Shown: positions 43,366-53,402 of the stretch, piece by piece | How positions within the stretch are numbered: the stretch's first letter is position 1 | How the letters are laid out: each line of letters begins with the position of its first letter | Assembly (NCBI GenBank): GCA_963666425.2 | Contig: OY762825.2 | Span: 160,001 to 224,000 of the forward strand | Direction: 5' to 3' | Length of the DNA stretch: 64,000 nt | Source: Bacillota bacterium | GTDB taxonomy: Bacteria; Bacillota; JAAYKD01 | Notes under the pieces: model-generated | Told to the model about the DNA's origin: nothing | The model's database searches: none | Seen by the model: the letters and a program-made list of their open reading frames with translations, nothing else | Made by a program: the position numbers and the translations under genes

Positions 43366-44324
43366 TGACAAGAACTTTTGACCGCATTTTTACAGCAACC
43401 ATGACCGCTTTTTGCGAAGCTCTTAACTCATTTCACCTTCAATCACCAGACGAACCATATGGTCATCAATAATTCGGTGTTTACCAGTTGCGCCATACAA
43501 TAAGCAATTGGTGCAGAGCTTGTTAATCAGGTGCGGGATACCGGTAGAATAAAGATAGATTTCCTGAATCGCCGCATCGGTAAAGAGATCGCGCTCCACT
43601 CCTGCATAGCGTAACTGGCTTTGGATAAACGCAGCTGTTTCAGCTTTATCCAAGGACTGTAATCGGTATAGAATATCAATGCGCTGCCGGACGGACGGCC
43701 ACTTCTTCGGCTTTTTGCGATTGCAGTATTGAGGTTCACTCCTTCTGTTTTACTCTTAACAGAAGAATACCTTATCCCTTAAACAAGCAGCAATACCGAA
43801 CGGGTCTGTGGCAGTAAATTTGAATTGTGCACAATGGATTCTATAGTGCAGCTGCAGTGCCGCCGATAAGGAACGATGCAAGCCGGTAATTCATGATAAA
43901 TCTTGGCGCAGTCTCTACATTGCAGCCGCCGGATGATCAGGATGATTCGTTCACCGCTTGACTTAATCAACTTTCGCTTACGACTCCCGATTACTTTTAT
44001 AGTTCCTCCGCAAACGGGGGAGGCACTTTCTTCTTTGCTTCTTACATAAAAATTGCTTCGTTTTCACTCTTGCGCTCAAGGGAAAAATTTGATACAAGTA
44101 TTATGCTTTTGATGAGACACCCCTTGGGCTCTTGTGCTGGTTACACATTGAGCTCCTTGTTGAGGGGTGTCTTTTCCTTTCTCTTTTTGGCCATCATACC
44201 AAACAACTCTCGGTCAGGCAATCTTAGCATTTTGCGGCCTGTTTGAGCTGGCTATAACAATCAGACCACAATATGATGCGATTATTATGGTCAAAGTATC
44301 TCTCTAACCACTATGTTACTGTCA
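43366..44324 (-). mobile_element. Internally deleted transposon/IS remnant (DUF6431-like Zn protein, start of a DDE transposase, C-terminus of an ExeA-like AAA ATPase)
   Basis: TGACA at 43366 and TGTCA at 44320 with repeated TGACC motifs; fragments PVCGG..VIGSRKR..IRRLQC..C..HELP (about 43800-44050) and RQRID...FTDAAI..I...STGIP..INKLC (43423-43690). Confidence 0.7.
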
Positions 44325-44499
44325 GAACCTTTTTAATCTGCATTGAGAAAAATGACAGCATCAATTATCCTACGCTGCATAAGCTGCTCGGTGTATCACC
44401 GGAAATTTGGCTTCCGTTCTTAAAATATGCTGAATTATCCCAGAACCTAAAAACCAAACTTAATGAGTCGAGTGTAAAACTGGGAAAGCTTAATCCTCT

Positions 44500-45693
44500 T
44501 TATGGCAGATAGAAAGCGTCCATATCGTTTTCCCATCCGTTGACGCAACTTGATAAAAACCGTACCGCATTGTTAAGAACATCCATATCAATATGTTCTG
44601 TAGTATCATCAGAGGAATGGAGAACGGTATCGAGCAGACCAAATATGTTACTCGCAGTAATGGCGACGGTGGGTACACCATAGGTGGCGAATATCATATG
44701 ATCGCCCATCGGCCATGGCTTAATTCGTTCTATGTCTGTTATTTTTTTTGCACGCTCCATAATCCTATTCTCGATTTTTTTTGAACACGAATAGAACGAA
44801 ACAGATGTGGCGCTGTTCTTTAACCCGATACCGTCCACATTTATAGCCAAGATGTATTCCGTCGAAAGATAGCCCATAAATGCCATTTCTCCGGGATTGG
44901 AATAGTAGTCCTCCCCGTTAAATAGAACGATTTCGATTTGGAAAGGATAGTGCGTGCCCGAAAGAGATTCCGCGAAAGCCAGTAGAGCGGACACGCCGGA
45001 AGCGTCGTCAAGAGCGCCGGGGGTCGCCGGTTTTGTGTCAATATGCGCCGAAAAACACACCTTGTCATGTTTCGTCCCATAACTAGCAATCACGTTATGT
45101 GCCTTTACCGGAATACGCTCGGTGTGGATGGTCAGCTTCGCCCGCCTGTCAGAACTTTGCGAAAAGACATCCAGCATATCCGAGCATACTACAGCGCACG
45201 GAATGTTAAAATCCCCGTCCTGTATAATGTGTTCTTTACCCGAAATAGCCGTAATGATAGCAATTGGATTCTTTTCTTCCAGCAACGCTATGATTTGCTT
45301 GTGTTCGTCAGGGTTATAAAACTCAAAATTTTTCGGCATAAAGGGTTCTTTGCACAAATCGCCATGTAAGACCGCTATTTTTTCCGTTAGCTCCGCGTTC
45401 CGGAGTGCGTCCACCGTGTCAATACAAATAAACTCCGCAGCAACATCGCATGGCAGAGAATATTCCGCTGGTTCCACCGGTATTTCCCGATTGTCAACCA
45501 GCAGCGCGGCACCGGAGTTTATCCAATCCATGCAGTCAAACTCTTGTTTTCGTACCTGGAGCCCGCATTTTTGGAAGGCCTCAAAAGTGTACTCAACAGC
45601 AGCTTTATTCTTCGCAGAGCCGGTTGGCCTTGCCCCGATGGTTTTACAGAGCATCTCCATGTTGCTCTGTAATGAAATAACGTGATTCTTCAA
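44500..45693 (-). CDS. M28 family metallopeptidase with PA-like insert, no signal peptide
   Basis: RPTGS..N, SAHIDTK..TPGA.DDASG, FNGEDY, N.DG.G, GDH, H...D; TTG start after AAGGGGTG (track start 45702). Confidence 0.85.
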   Translation of the reverse strand: MKNHVISLQSNMEMLCKTIGARPTGSAKNKAAVEYTFEAFQKCGLQVRKQEFDCMDWINSGAALLVDNREIPVEPAEYSLPCDVAAEFICIDTVDALRNAELTEKIAVLHGDLCKEPFMPKNFEFYNPDEHKQIIALLEEKNPIAIITAISGKEHIIQDGDFNIPCAVVCSDMLDVFSQSSDRRAKLTIHTERIPVKAHNVIASYGTKHDKVCFSAHIDTKPATPGALDDASGVSALLAFAESLSGTHYPFQIEIVLFNGEDYYSNPGEMAFMGYLSTEYILAINVDGIGLKNSATSVSFYSCSKKIENRIMERAKKITDIERIKPWPMGDHMIFATYGVPTVAITASNIFGLLDTVLHSSDDTTEHIDMDVLNNAVRFLSSCVNGWENDMDAFYLP

Positions 45694-45779
45694 ATAAAAC
45701 ACCCCTTTGTAAAATTAGTGATTCCAGTACAAATCCTCATCCGGCTAAATTCTTGACCAAAATTGCAAATATCAAAACC

Positions 45780-45941
45780 TCAGCCGCTCGTCTTGGCGGC
45801 ATTTCTCCGGGGAATAGTGAAGAAGCTCAATAGCAGAAGCAGAATCCCGCATACGCGAATCACATGCTGAATCTTTACCGCATCGACAAGCGGCCCGAAC
45901 AACGCCATGCCAAGCGACAGGAATCCGCTCTACATCACCCC
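45780..45941 (-). pseudogene. C-terminal relic of a Mef-like MFS efflux transporter
   Basis: Reads GVM*SGFLSLGMALFGPLVDAVKIQHVIRVCGILLLLLSFF, resembling the last two TM helices of Mef-type MFS proteins; not in the ORF track. Confidence 0.6.
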
Positions 45942-45983
45942 GTTTGCAGAAATTCATTATTGACTTTCTTTGCGAAAAATCGC

Positions 45984-48530
45984 TCAAGCATTTATCAGCG
46001 CGCATAGACACGCACCCGTTTGAGAACGGGCTGTTTTTGCCACCGTTTCCGGCGTACCCTGCACGATAATCTCGCCACCGGCGTCGCCGCCCTCCGGCCC
46101 GAAATCAACCACCCAATCGGACATGGCAATGACATCGAGATTGTGTTCTACGCAAATCACGGTGTTGCCAAGCTCTACCAATTCATTCAATAGCGCAACC
46201 AGCTTTTTGACGTCGTGGGGATGAAGCCCCGTAGTCGGTTCATCCAAAAGATACAGCGAATACCCGCTTGTGCGCTTTCCCAGTTCCTTTGCCAGCTTTA
46301 TGCGCTGCGCTTCGCCGCCCGATAAGGTCGTGGCGGACTGTCCAAGGCTCAAATATCCAAGGCCGACTTTCTGCAAAACGGACAGCCGATCCAAAATGGG
46401 GGGTACGTCGCAGAACACAGCGGCAGCCTCCGCAATGGTCATTTGTAAAATGTCGGAAATGCTGAATCCTTTGTACTCTACTTCTAAAATGCTTTTCTGG
46501 TACCGTCGCCCGTGGCAGGCGGGGCATTTAACCTGAACATCCGGCAGGAAATGCATAGATATGGTAAGTTCACCGCTCCCCTCGCATTTTTCACATCTGC
46601 CTCCCGGAACATTAAAGGAGAAATGTTTTGGCAGCAGTTTTTTCTTTTTGGATTCATCCAAAGAGGCATATAAATCTCTGATGTAGGAAAAAACATCAGT
46701 ATAGGTCGCAGCGTTGGAGCGGCTTGTTCTTCCAATGGGCGATTGGTCGATGGTGATAATATCGCTGACATTCTCTAATCCAGAAATTTCTAGGTGGTCG
46801 GGCTTTTCTTTGGAATGACCGAAATAAATCTCAGCTTCGCAGCCAAGAATATCGAACAGCAGTGTGGATTTCCCGCTGCCGGATACCCCGGCCAGAGAGA
46901 CGAGCATTCCCAAGGGTAAGTCCACATCAATGTCTTTCAAATTGTGTTTATGTGCGTTAGATATTGAAATGCTTTTTCCGTTGCCGGTTCTTCTTTTCGT
47001 GGGAATATTGATTTTATCCATACCAGAAAGACAACGTCCCGTATCTGAATATTCACAGGCTGCGATTTCATCAGGTGTTCCTGCGGCGACAATCTCACCG
47101 CCGCCCTTACCGGCTTCTGGGCCAAAATCGACAATATAGTCGGCAGCTTGAATAATCTCAATATCATGCTCAATAACCAATACCGTGTTGCCCAAATCCC
47201 GCAGTTTCTTCAAAACTTCAATCAGTCTTTTCGTATCGCGGGCATGGAGTCCGACAGTCGGTTCATCAAGTACATATAAAACCCCTGTCAGACCGCTGCC
47301 CAAAAGAGAGGCCAGTCTAAGCCGCTGGGCTTCACCCGCCGACAATGTGACGGCGGCGCGTTCCATGTTCAAGTATCCCACACCGACATCCAAAAGCCTC
47401 TTGATTCGCTGTTCTAAATCGTCAATCACCGGTTTTGCGATCAGCAAAGCCTCCTGGGTTGTGAATGAGGGCAAATTCTTGACCCAGTCTAAAACATCGT
47501 CTAATGATTTTTTGGACAGTTCAATAATACTGATTTCCCCAACTGTTACGGCTATGCTTTCTTTTCGTAAGCGTACTCCACCACATTCAGGGCAAACCTC
47601 TTCATGGAATAAACCACCTAATTTTTCCTTTGAACCGCTCCCCATCTCAGAATGCCGCCTTACGAGATTGGTAACAACGCCCTCAAACCGCCCCTCTGGA
47701 ACTGTTTTGGGTGGTTTGACACCGGGGAAATGCCTGCAAAATTGCGGGCTTAATACACCGTACAAAAGATAGTCCATCTGTATCTGCCCATAATTTTTCA
47801 GCGGCTGATTGATACTGATAGGAAACCCGTAGAAGCTGCCCGCGTTTTCAATAGCCTCCGAATATCGGTCAATGTGAAACTTATCCCAAATGCGAACCCC
47901 ACCGTCGCGAATACTCAAATCAGTATTTATAATCCGTTCAAGGTCGGGTGTATTTACAACCCCAAGCCCCCTGCATGCCGGGCAAGCTCCCTCTGGTTTG
48001 TTAAAGGAAAAATGGCTCATTAACAGTTCAGGGAGCTTTTCACCGCAGGAGGGACAAACGATCATGTTTTCATCCACATCGGAGTTGCCGGTACTGTCTT
48101 CCAACGGTTCATCCCACTGCATGGAATCTGTTTCCATTTCCATTTCAAAGGGTTGGCGTATCAGTTCACCGCAACGAGGGCATTTTCTAACGCCGAGTTT
48201 AGCAAACAGTATCCGCAGATAAGTGAAAACCTCCGTGACGGTGCCTACCGTAGAACGGGGATTGCGGTTACTATTTCTTTGGTCAATGCTGATGGATGGG
48301 GACAAGCCGATAATGGCGTCAACCTTTGGTTTGCTGATGAAATCTGTTACCATCCCCATGGATTCCATATATTGCCTTTGACATTCTTTTTGAAGGGTAT
48401 CCAATGCAAGCGTTGATTTACCGCTTCCCGAAAGACCGGTAAATACCACCAGCTTGTTTTTGGGAATCCGCAGCGAGATGTTTTTGAGGTTATTTTCCCT
48501 CGCTCCCTTTATTTCAATATACGTATCCAT
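45984..48530 (-). CDS. Class II UvrA-like ABC ATPase (DrrC/Ecm16-like)
   Basis: Two ABC modules (GLSGSGKS...LSAGEAQR; GVSGSGKS...LSGGEAQR), Zn fingers, only about 40 aa between CPRC and CPSC where the UvrB-binding domain would lie; GGAGG RBS. Confidence 0.88.
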   Translation of the reverse strand: MDTYIEIKGARENNLKNISLRIPKNKLVVFTGLSGSGKSTLALDTLQKECQRQYMESMGMVTDFISKPKVDAIIGLSPSISIDQRNSNRNPRSTVGTVTEVFTYLRILFAKLGVRKCPRCGELIRQPFEMEMETDSMQWDEPLEDSTGNSDVDENMIVCPSCGEKLPELLMSHFSFNKPEGACPACRGLGVVNTPDLERIINTDLSIRDGGVRIWDKFHIDRYSEAIENAGSFYGFPISINQPLKNYGQIQMDYLLYGVLSPQFCRHFPGVKPPKTVPEGRFEGVVTNLVRRHSEMGSGSKEKLGGLFHEEVCPECGGVRLRKESIAVTVGEISIIELSKKSLDDVLDWVKNLPSFTTQEALLIAKPVIDDLEQRIKRLLDVGVGYLNMERAAVTLSAGEAQRLRLASLLGSGLTGVLYVLDEPTVGLHARDTKRLIEVLKKLRDLGNTVLVIEHDIEIIQAADYIVDFGPEAGKGGGEIVAAGTPDEIAACEYSDTGRCLSGMDKINIPTKRRTGNGKSISISNAHKHNLKDIDVDLPLGMLVSLAGVSGSGKSTLLFDILGCEAEIYFGHSKEKPDHLEISGLENVSDIITIDQSPIGRTSRSNAATYTDVFSYIRDLYASLDESKKKKLLPKHFSFNVPGGRCEKCEGSGELTISMHFLPDVQVKCPACHGRRYQKSILEVEYKGFSISDILQMTIAEAAAVFCDVPPILDRLSVLQKVGLGYLSLGQSATTLSGGEAQRIKLAKELGKRTSGYSLYLLDEPTTGLHPHDVKKLVALLNELVELGNTVICVEHNLDVIAMSDWVVDFGPEGGDAGGEIIVQGTPETVAKTARSQTGACLCALINA

Positions 48531-48581
48531 TTGATTTCCTCCCAATATTTTTCTTATGGCACATAACATTATTCGCTCTTC

Positions 48582-48623
48582 ATTATAGAGAAAAACGCGA
48601 CAGGTTCTTGACTTTCCTTGCGA
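48582..48623 (-). promoter_or_regulatory. Activator-dependent promoter of the uvrA-like gene
   Basis: TCGCA-N7-TCAAGA in the -35 position, 18 bp, TATAAT; the same site occurs at 45751, 45958 and 49646. Confidence 0.65.
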
Positions 48624-48688
48624 TTTTTCTGCGTGAAAAATGACGCCCGGATAAACCGAGCGCCATATTATGACGACACACAGGTTTT

Positions 48689-49597
48689 CTATTTGTTTAT
48701 TTGGCGAACCGGGCGCGCTTCAATGCAGCCTCGATACCCCTGTGGCTCCATCTGAAACCGTGGCGCATCCTCGTTGGCCCATTCAAAACCGTATAGTTCA
48801 GGTGAGTAGTTTTTCATCACTTCCCACAAATCCGCAATCGCCTCATCAAAATGCTCGTCCTCAAAGGGCTGCCCTTGAAAAACTATCATTTTGCATGGGG
48901 GTAATGGTATAAGCTCGAAGCCATCCGGCACAACACCGGTATAGTCGGCGGGGACTTCGACGCCCTGTGCGTAAGTGGAGGATCCGGGTGTGCGAAAATT
49001 GTCCGGCAGCCACACGCCGATTGGTTCATATAACGCTTCTTTTACGCTGCACAGCAATCCCCAATTATCACACCCGACTTCCTCACAATACTCAAAATAA
49101 TCCTTGGCGTTCGTACCTCTTTTCAATATCAGATTTCTTGCCGGCCGATCGATAACTTGAATAAAAACTGTTTGATTTGCCTGTCTTCTTTTCATTTGAT
49201 ACTCTCCTTTCAAAAAGTAGAGATACCGTTCACGAATAGAGTTGGGCATAAACAGATAGATAGGAGTAGGGTTTTTGCTGTACTTATGTGGCGTTACGCC
49301 AAACTCTTTTGAAAACGCTCTCGTAAATCCCTCGTGAGAATCGAACACGAAATCGAGTGCCACATCAATGACCTTGACCTTTTCGTCCCTTAACTTCAAA
49401 GCGGCGCGGGTAAGCCTGAGTGTACGTATGTAGTCAAAAGGAGATTTTCCGACAAACTCCCTAAAAAGCCTTGCGCAATGAAAAGGAGAATAGCCTGCAC
49501 TTTTTGATAAATCATGTAAGGTGATAGAGCTTTGGAGGTTCTGTTCAATATAGTCCTGCATTCTTTGTACAGCTTCAATATTACCTAATTTTTCCAT
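48689..49597 (-). CDS. AraC family transcriptional regulator with C-terminal effector-binding (GyrI-like) domain
   Basis: N-terminal double HTH (YIEQNL..ITL..L...GYS; VALD..FDSHEGFTRAF...FG.TP..Y); C-terminal DYFEYCEEVGCD.WG...PRFQ.EP.G.RG. Confidence 0.88.
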   Translation of the reverse strand: MEKLGNIEAVQRMQDYIEQNLQSSITLHDLSKSAGYSPFHCARLFREFVGKSPFDYIRTLRLTRAALKLRDEKVKVIDVALDFVFDSHEGFTRAFSKEFGVTPHKYSKNPTPIYLFMPNSIRERYLYFLKGEYQMKRRQANQTVFIQVIDRPARNLILKRGTNAKDYFEYCEEVGCDNWGLLCSVKEALYEPIGVWLPDNFRTPGSSTYAQGVEVPADYTGVVPDGFELIPLPPCKMIVFQGQPFEDEHFDEAIADLWEVMKNYSPELYGFEWANEDAPRFQMEPQGYRGCIEARPVRQINK

Positions 49598-49764
49598 CTG
49601 CTCACCCCGTCAGTATAAAGAATGATAGCACAGCGCAAAGATAAATCTTGATTTGGACTGCGATAATTATTTATTTTCTTGCTTCATAAGGACAGAAAAC
49701 GCATCTCACTGGTGGAAATTTGATTGCACTGACAATGCCAGTTGCATTATTTTAAGTAATGGCT

Positions 49765-52700
49765 TTAGTCAATTGAGCAAACTAAGGGTAATGATAAAGG
49801 TGTTATCGTATCTGCTATTTCCAGAATGAAAATTTTTAGATTGTAACCAAGCTCAGTGGCATCACTTACCGAGACATTATTAAAATCAATCGTATTATCA
49901 CCAATTTGCAAGATACCGGCATGTGAGGTTAGGGAAACAAGCTTGTTATTACTACTATAAATGGCTAAAAACACATTTACGGTGGAAGAAGAATCTTTAT
50001 GATTATAAATGTATACGTGAGCATCGCCCGATAAAGAATTGATTGAGCGTGCGAGATTATTATTGATCATAGCTGTATATAAATAATCGGAAGAATCTGT
50101 AGTATATCCAGACCAGGATGCCGTATCAAATCCTGTTGATTTTTGCAGATAATGAATCACAAACTCAGTTGATAAATTATCAAACACAGATGTCCCTAAA
50201 CTGGGTGCATTACCGTAGAAATACATCGAGTTTAATTTGCTACAATTAAAGAACGCATTATTATCAATACTCGTAACATTCTTGGGGATGCATAGAACTT
50301 CTAAGCTGCTGCAATTGTAAAAGGCATAAGCAGCAATGCTGACTAAACTTTCAGGAAGAGTAACACCTGTTAAGCCAGTACAATGACTGAAAGCGTATGT
50401 ACCTATTTTTGTTACAGCGATATCATTGATCGTAATCGGTATGACTACAGCAGCGTCAGAGCCGATATAATCAAGAATTGTTCCCGCATCCGGATCAAAT
50501 CTAAAATTCATTGTTTCTATGATAGCAGATGCAGAGCTTGGAGCATACACTGCGTGTGAATAAGCACTCAAAATGGAGGTTGTAAAGCCAAGAGCATTTT
50601 CCTGGTAATAGAGTATAAAGCTCTCATTCGTATCATAGCGAACATCACCAAATGTAAATAAACCAAGGTTAGCTGGTACATCACCTTCAAAATAGGCAGC
50701 CACTAAATTTCTGCACCTGCGAAACGCGTCATCTTCCAGATTAGTAAGACTGCTTGGCAGTGTTATCCTGCTTAAGCTATCGCAATAACTAAAAGCTCCA
50801 ATTTCAATGTCTGTTACGCCATTTGCGATCGTTACGCTTCTTAATTTCGAGCAATCGGCAAAAGCCCCTTGGCCGATATTTGATACACTTCCGGGTATGT
50901 TTACAGATACTAAATTTTGGCAATTATAAAACGCCTCGGTTTCGATACACTTTACTCCATTTGCTATTATGATTGTTGTCAAATTGATGCAATCATAAAA
51001 CATTCTCTCACTAATACTTTCCAAACTGCCAACGATGTATGCGCTTCTTAAATTATCACAGCCTGAAAATGCAAAACTACCAACATAGGTTACCTTGCTT
51101 GGTATCGTGATACTCGTTAAATAAATACAACTGCTAAACGCTCCTTCACCAATGCTTTCCAAGTTGGCGGATAGGTTTACCGCTGTTAGCCCGCAGAAAC
51201 CCGAAAAAGCATTTTTCCCTATCGTAATCACGCTATTCGGTATGACGATATCGGATAAAAGAAGGCACCCAGAAAATGCATAGTCCCCTATGCTGATTAT
51301 TTTATCCTGCAGGTCGACGTGAGTTAATTTGCTGCAGCCGGAGAACATAGAATTACCGATGTTTGTTAAATTAGCCGGCAGCACGATACTGACCAAATTC
51401 GTGCAATTCTCAAATACACCGTTACCGAAGTTTGTCAAACTGGCAGGCAGTGTGATCTCGCTTAAACTGCTACAGTTAGAAAAGGCCATATTACTGATTA
51501 AGGTAACTCTACTCGGTATGTTTACTTCGTTAAGGTTAGTACAAAAAGCAAAAGTGCTTGATTTTATCTCTGTTATGTTATTGGAGAAAACGATATTTAT
51601 TAAGTCGCTGCAGCCAAAAAAAGCTCCTTTATCAATGCTTGTTATGCTGTCTGGCAGGGTTAGGTTTGTTAATCCAATACAACCGTAAAAAGCATAGGCG
51701 CCGATTGCTTCTACGCCGTTGGATATCCTAAGATCAGTCAAGCCACTGCAAAAAAAAGCATCAGAGCCAATTGTTTTGATATTTCCTGCCAGGATGACAC
51801 TGGCTAAACTTGCACAGGAAGAAAACGCTTTTGCACCAATGCTTGTAATCCCATCTGGAAGGCTAATCGAGCCTAAGCTGTAGCAATTTTGAAACATGCT
51901 CTCGGTGATGGCGGTGAGATTGCTGGGAAGTGTTACGGATCCTAGATTGATGCAGTCTTGAAAGGTGCAACTACCAATGAAGGTGAGACTGTTTGGCAGC
52001 GTCACTGCTGTTAAACTGCTGCAGCCTTGAAAAATGTTACTACCGATGCTGATTAAGCGATCTGGCAGGGTAATTGACATGAGATTGCTGCAGCCTTGAA
52101 ATACAGCATTCGCAAAACAGCTTATACTGTTAGGAATAGAGATCGACAATAAACTGCTGCAGTCTTGAAAGACACTCTCTTCCAGGCTGGTTAGGTTATT
52201 TGGAAGATTGATCGAGATTAATCGATTGCAGTTTTGAAAGGCATATTTACCGATAATGGTGACACTGTCCGGGATACTGATTGAGGTTAGGTTGAGGCAG
52301 TTCCGAAGAGCACCTTCGCTGATCGTATTTACGCCATTTGGTACTGTATAAGCACCACTCAAGGTAGTGGGAACGATCAGCAGTACTGACAGTTCTTTAT
52401 TAAAAAGTACACCGTTCAAGCTGGCGAAATACAAATTTCCGGCCTCCACTTCGATGGATTGTAAGCCGCTGCAATCCAAAAACGCACCACCACCCAGGCT
52501 GCTGAGACTGCTTGGCAGTGTGATGGAGGTTAACTGGCTGCAGCCTTGAAATGCGCAGCTGCCTATATTGATCAGACTATCGGGCAGGCTGACCGTACTT
52601 AAATTACTGCATAGATAAAAACTAAACATACCGATGCTGGTAACACCATTTGGGATGCTGACGGAGGTGAGATTCGTGCGCCAGCGAAAGGTATAATCAG

Positions 52701-52974
52701 CAATTTGTGTTACATTGACATTGTCTATCACACTGGGGATGACAATCGAACTATCGGAACCGTAATAAGCCGAGATGGTGCCGGTTGTTGGATCAAAAGC
52801 AAAATCAGCAGGATCCGTTACAGAAGCTTCGACAGACATGGAAGCAAGCAATTCAGGCCGAATTTGTGGTTTTTCAATTTGTTCTGCCAATACCATTGAA
52901 AAAGGAACCGTGATATAAAATAGCATACCAACTGCAAGAGCTATGACAAATGTCAATTTAGGTATTCTAAACAT
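49765..52974 (-). CDS. Secreted BspA/TpLRR-type leucine-rich repeat protein
   Basis: Signal peptide, many 22-23 aa repeats L.S..LP..LT.IG..AF..C..L, two F.FDP..GTI..Y.GSD..VVIP cap modules; GGAGGG RBS. Confidence 0.9.
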   Translation of the reverse strand: MFRIPKLTFVIALAVGMLFYITVPFSMVLAEQIEKPQIRPELLASMSVEASVTDPADFAFDPTTGTISAYYGSDSSIVIPSVIDNVNVTQIADYTFRWRTNLTSVSIPNGVTSIGMFSFYLCSNLSTVSLPDSLINIGSCAFQGCSQLTSITLPSSLSSLGGGAFLDCSGLQSIEVEAGNLYFASLNGVLFNKELSVLLIVPTTLSGAYTVPNGVNTISEGALRNCLNLTSISIPDSVTIIGKYAFQNCNRLISINLPNNLTSLEESVFQDCSSLLSISIPNSISCFANAVFQGCSNLMSITLPDRLISIGSNIFQGCSSLTAVTLPNSLTFIGSCTFQDCINLGSVTLPSNLTAITESMFQNCYSLGSISLPDGITSIGAKAFSSCASLASVILAGNIKTIGSDAFFCSGLTDLRISNGVEAIGAYAFYGCIGLTNLTLPDSITSIDKGAFFGCSDLINIVFSNNITEIKSSTFAFCTNLNEVNIPSRVTLISNMAFSNCSSLSEITLPASLTNFGNGVFENCTNLVSIVLPANLTNIGNSMFSGCSKLTHVDLQDKIISIGDYAFSGCLLLSDIVIPNSVITIGKNAFSGFCGLTAVNLSANLESIGEGAFSSCIYLTSITIPSKVTYVGSFAFSGCDNLRSAYIVGSLESISERMFYDCINLTTIIIANGVKCIETEAFYNCQNLVSVNIPGSVSNIGQGAFADCSKLRSVTIANGVTDIEIGAFSYCDSLSRITLPSSLTNLEDDAFRRCRNLVAAYFEGDVPANLGLFTFGDVRYDTNESFILYYQENALGFTTSILSAYSHAVYAPSSASAIIETMNFRFDPDAGTILDYIGSDAAVVIPITINDIAVTKIGTYAFSHCTGLTGVTLPESLVSIAAYAFYNCSSLEVLCIPKNVTSIDNNAFFNCSKLNSMYFYGNAPSLGTSVFDNLSTEFVIHYLQKSTGFDTASWSGYTTDSSDYLYTAMINNNLARSINSLSGDAHVYIYNHKDSSSTVNVFLAIYSSNNKLVSLTSHAGILQIGDNTIDFNNVSVSDATELGYNLKIFILEIADTITPLSLPLVCSID

Positions 52975-53151
52975 AACAATCCCCTCCATCAAATTGATTA
53001 GAACCAATTAGGAATAATATACCATTTGTATCGATTAAAAGCAATATAATTTTACCAATATTATGCATAAAATATCGTAATCTGATGGAACAGTTGGAGA
53101 GAACACTATGTTAAAAGTATGAATATTAGTTTCTGAGGGTATTTCACTTGG

Positions 53152-53180
53152 TTGAAAAGTTAGCCATTACATAGTATAAT
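53152..53180 (+). promoter_or_regulatory. SigA-type promoter upstream of the flavoprotein pair
   Basis: TTGAAA-17 bp-TATAAT. Confidence 0.6.
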
Positions 53181-53402
53181 AAAGCAATCGTTCGGACCTT
53201 TGCTTTCTTTGTTTTCAAAAAAAACTGAAGTAAAAGATATAGCTGCAGGGAAGCATGATGCTGCAATATTCGCTTCTCCTACTTGTGACGATTTCCACCC
53301 TTGGCTGACACCAACGTAATCGAAAGAAGATTTGGTTTTATAAAACTGCCGCCATACACAGCAATAAGAAAATCTCTCCCGAGAAGAAAAGGAAGGTTAC
53401 CC

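Noticed and set aside
51900-52560. Recurring GCTGCAGCCTTGAAA-type repeats resembling a CRISPR or DGR pattern
   Set aside because: They are codons of the LRR repeat (FQGCS) at multiples of 69 nt; no cas or reverse transcriptase genes
40790-53400. attR copy of the tRNA-Leu 3' end marking the island's right border
   Set aside because: No duplicate of TTCAAGTCCGGCCTTCGGCACCA was found by eye, and there is no integrase in the window
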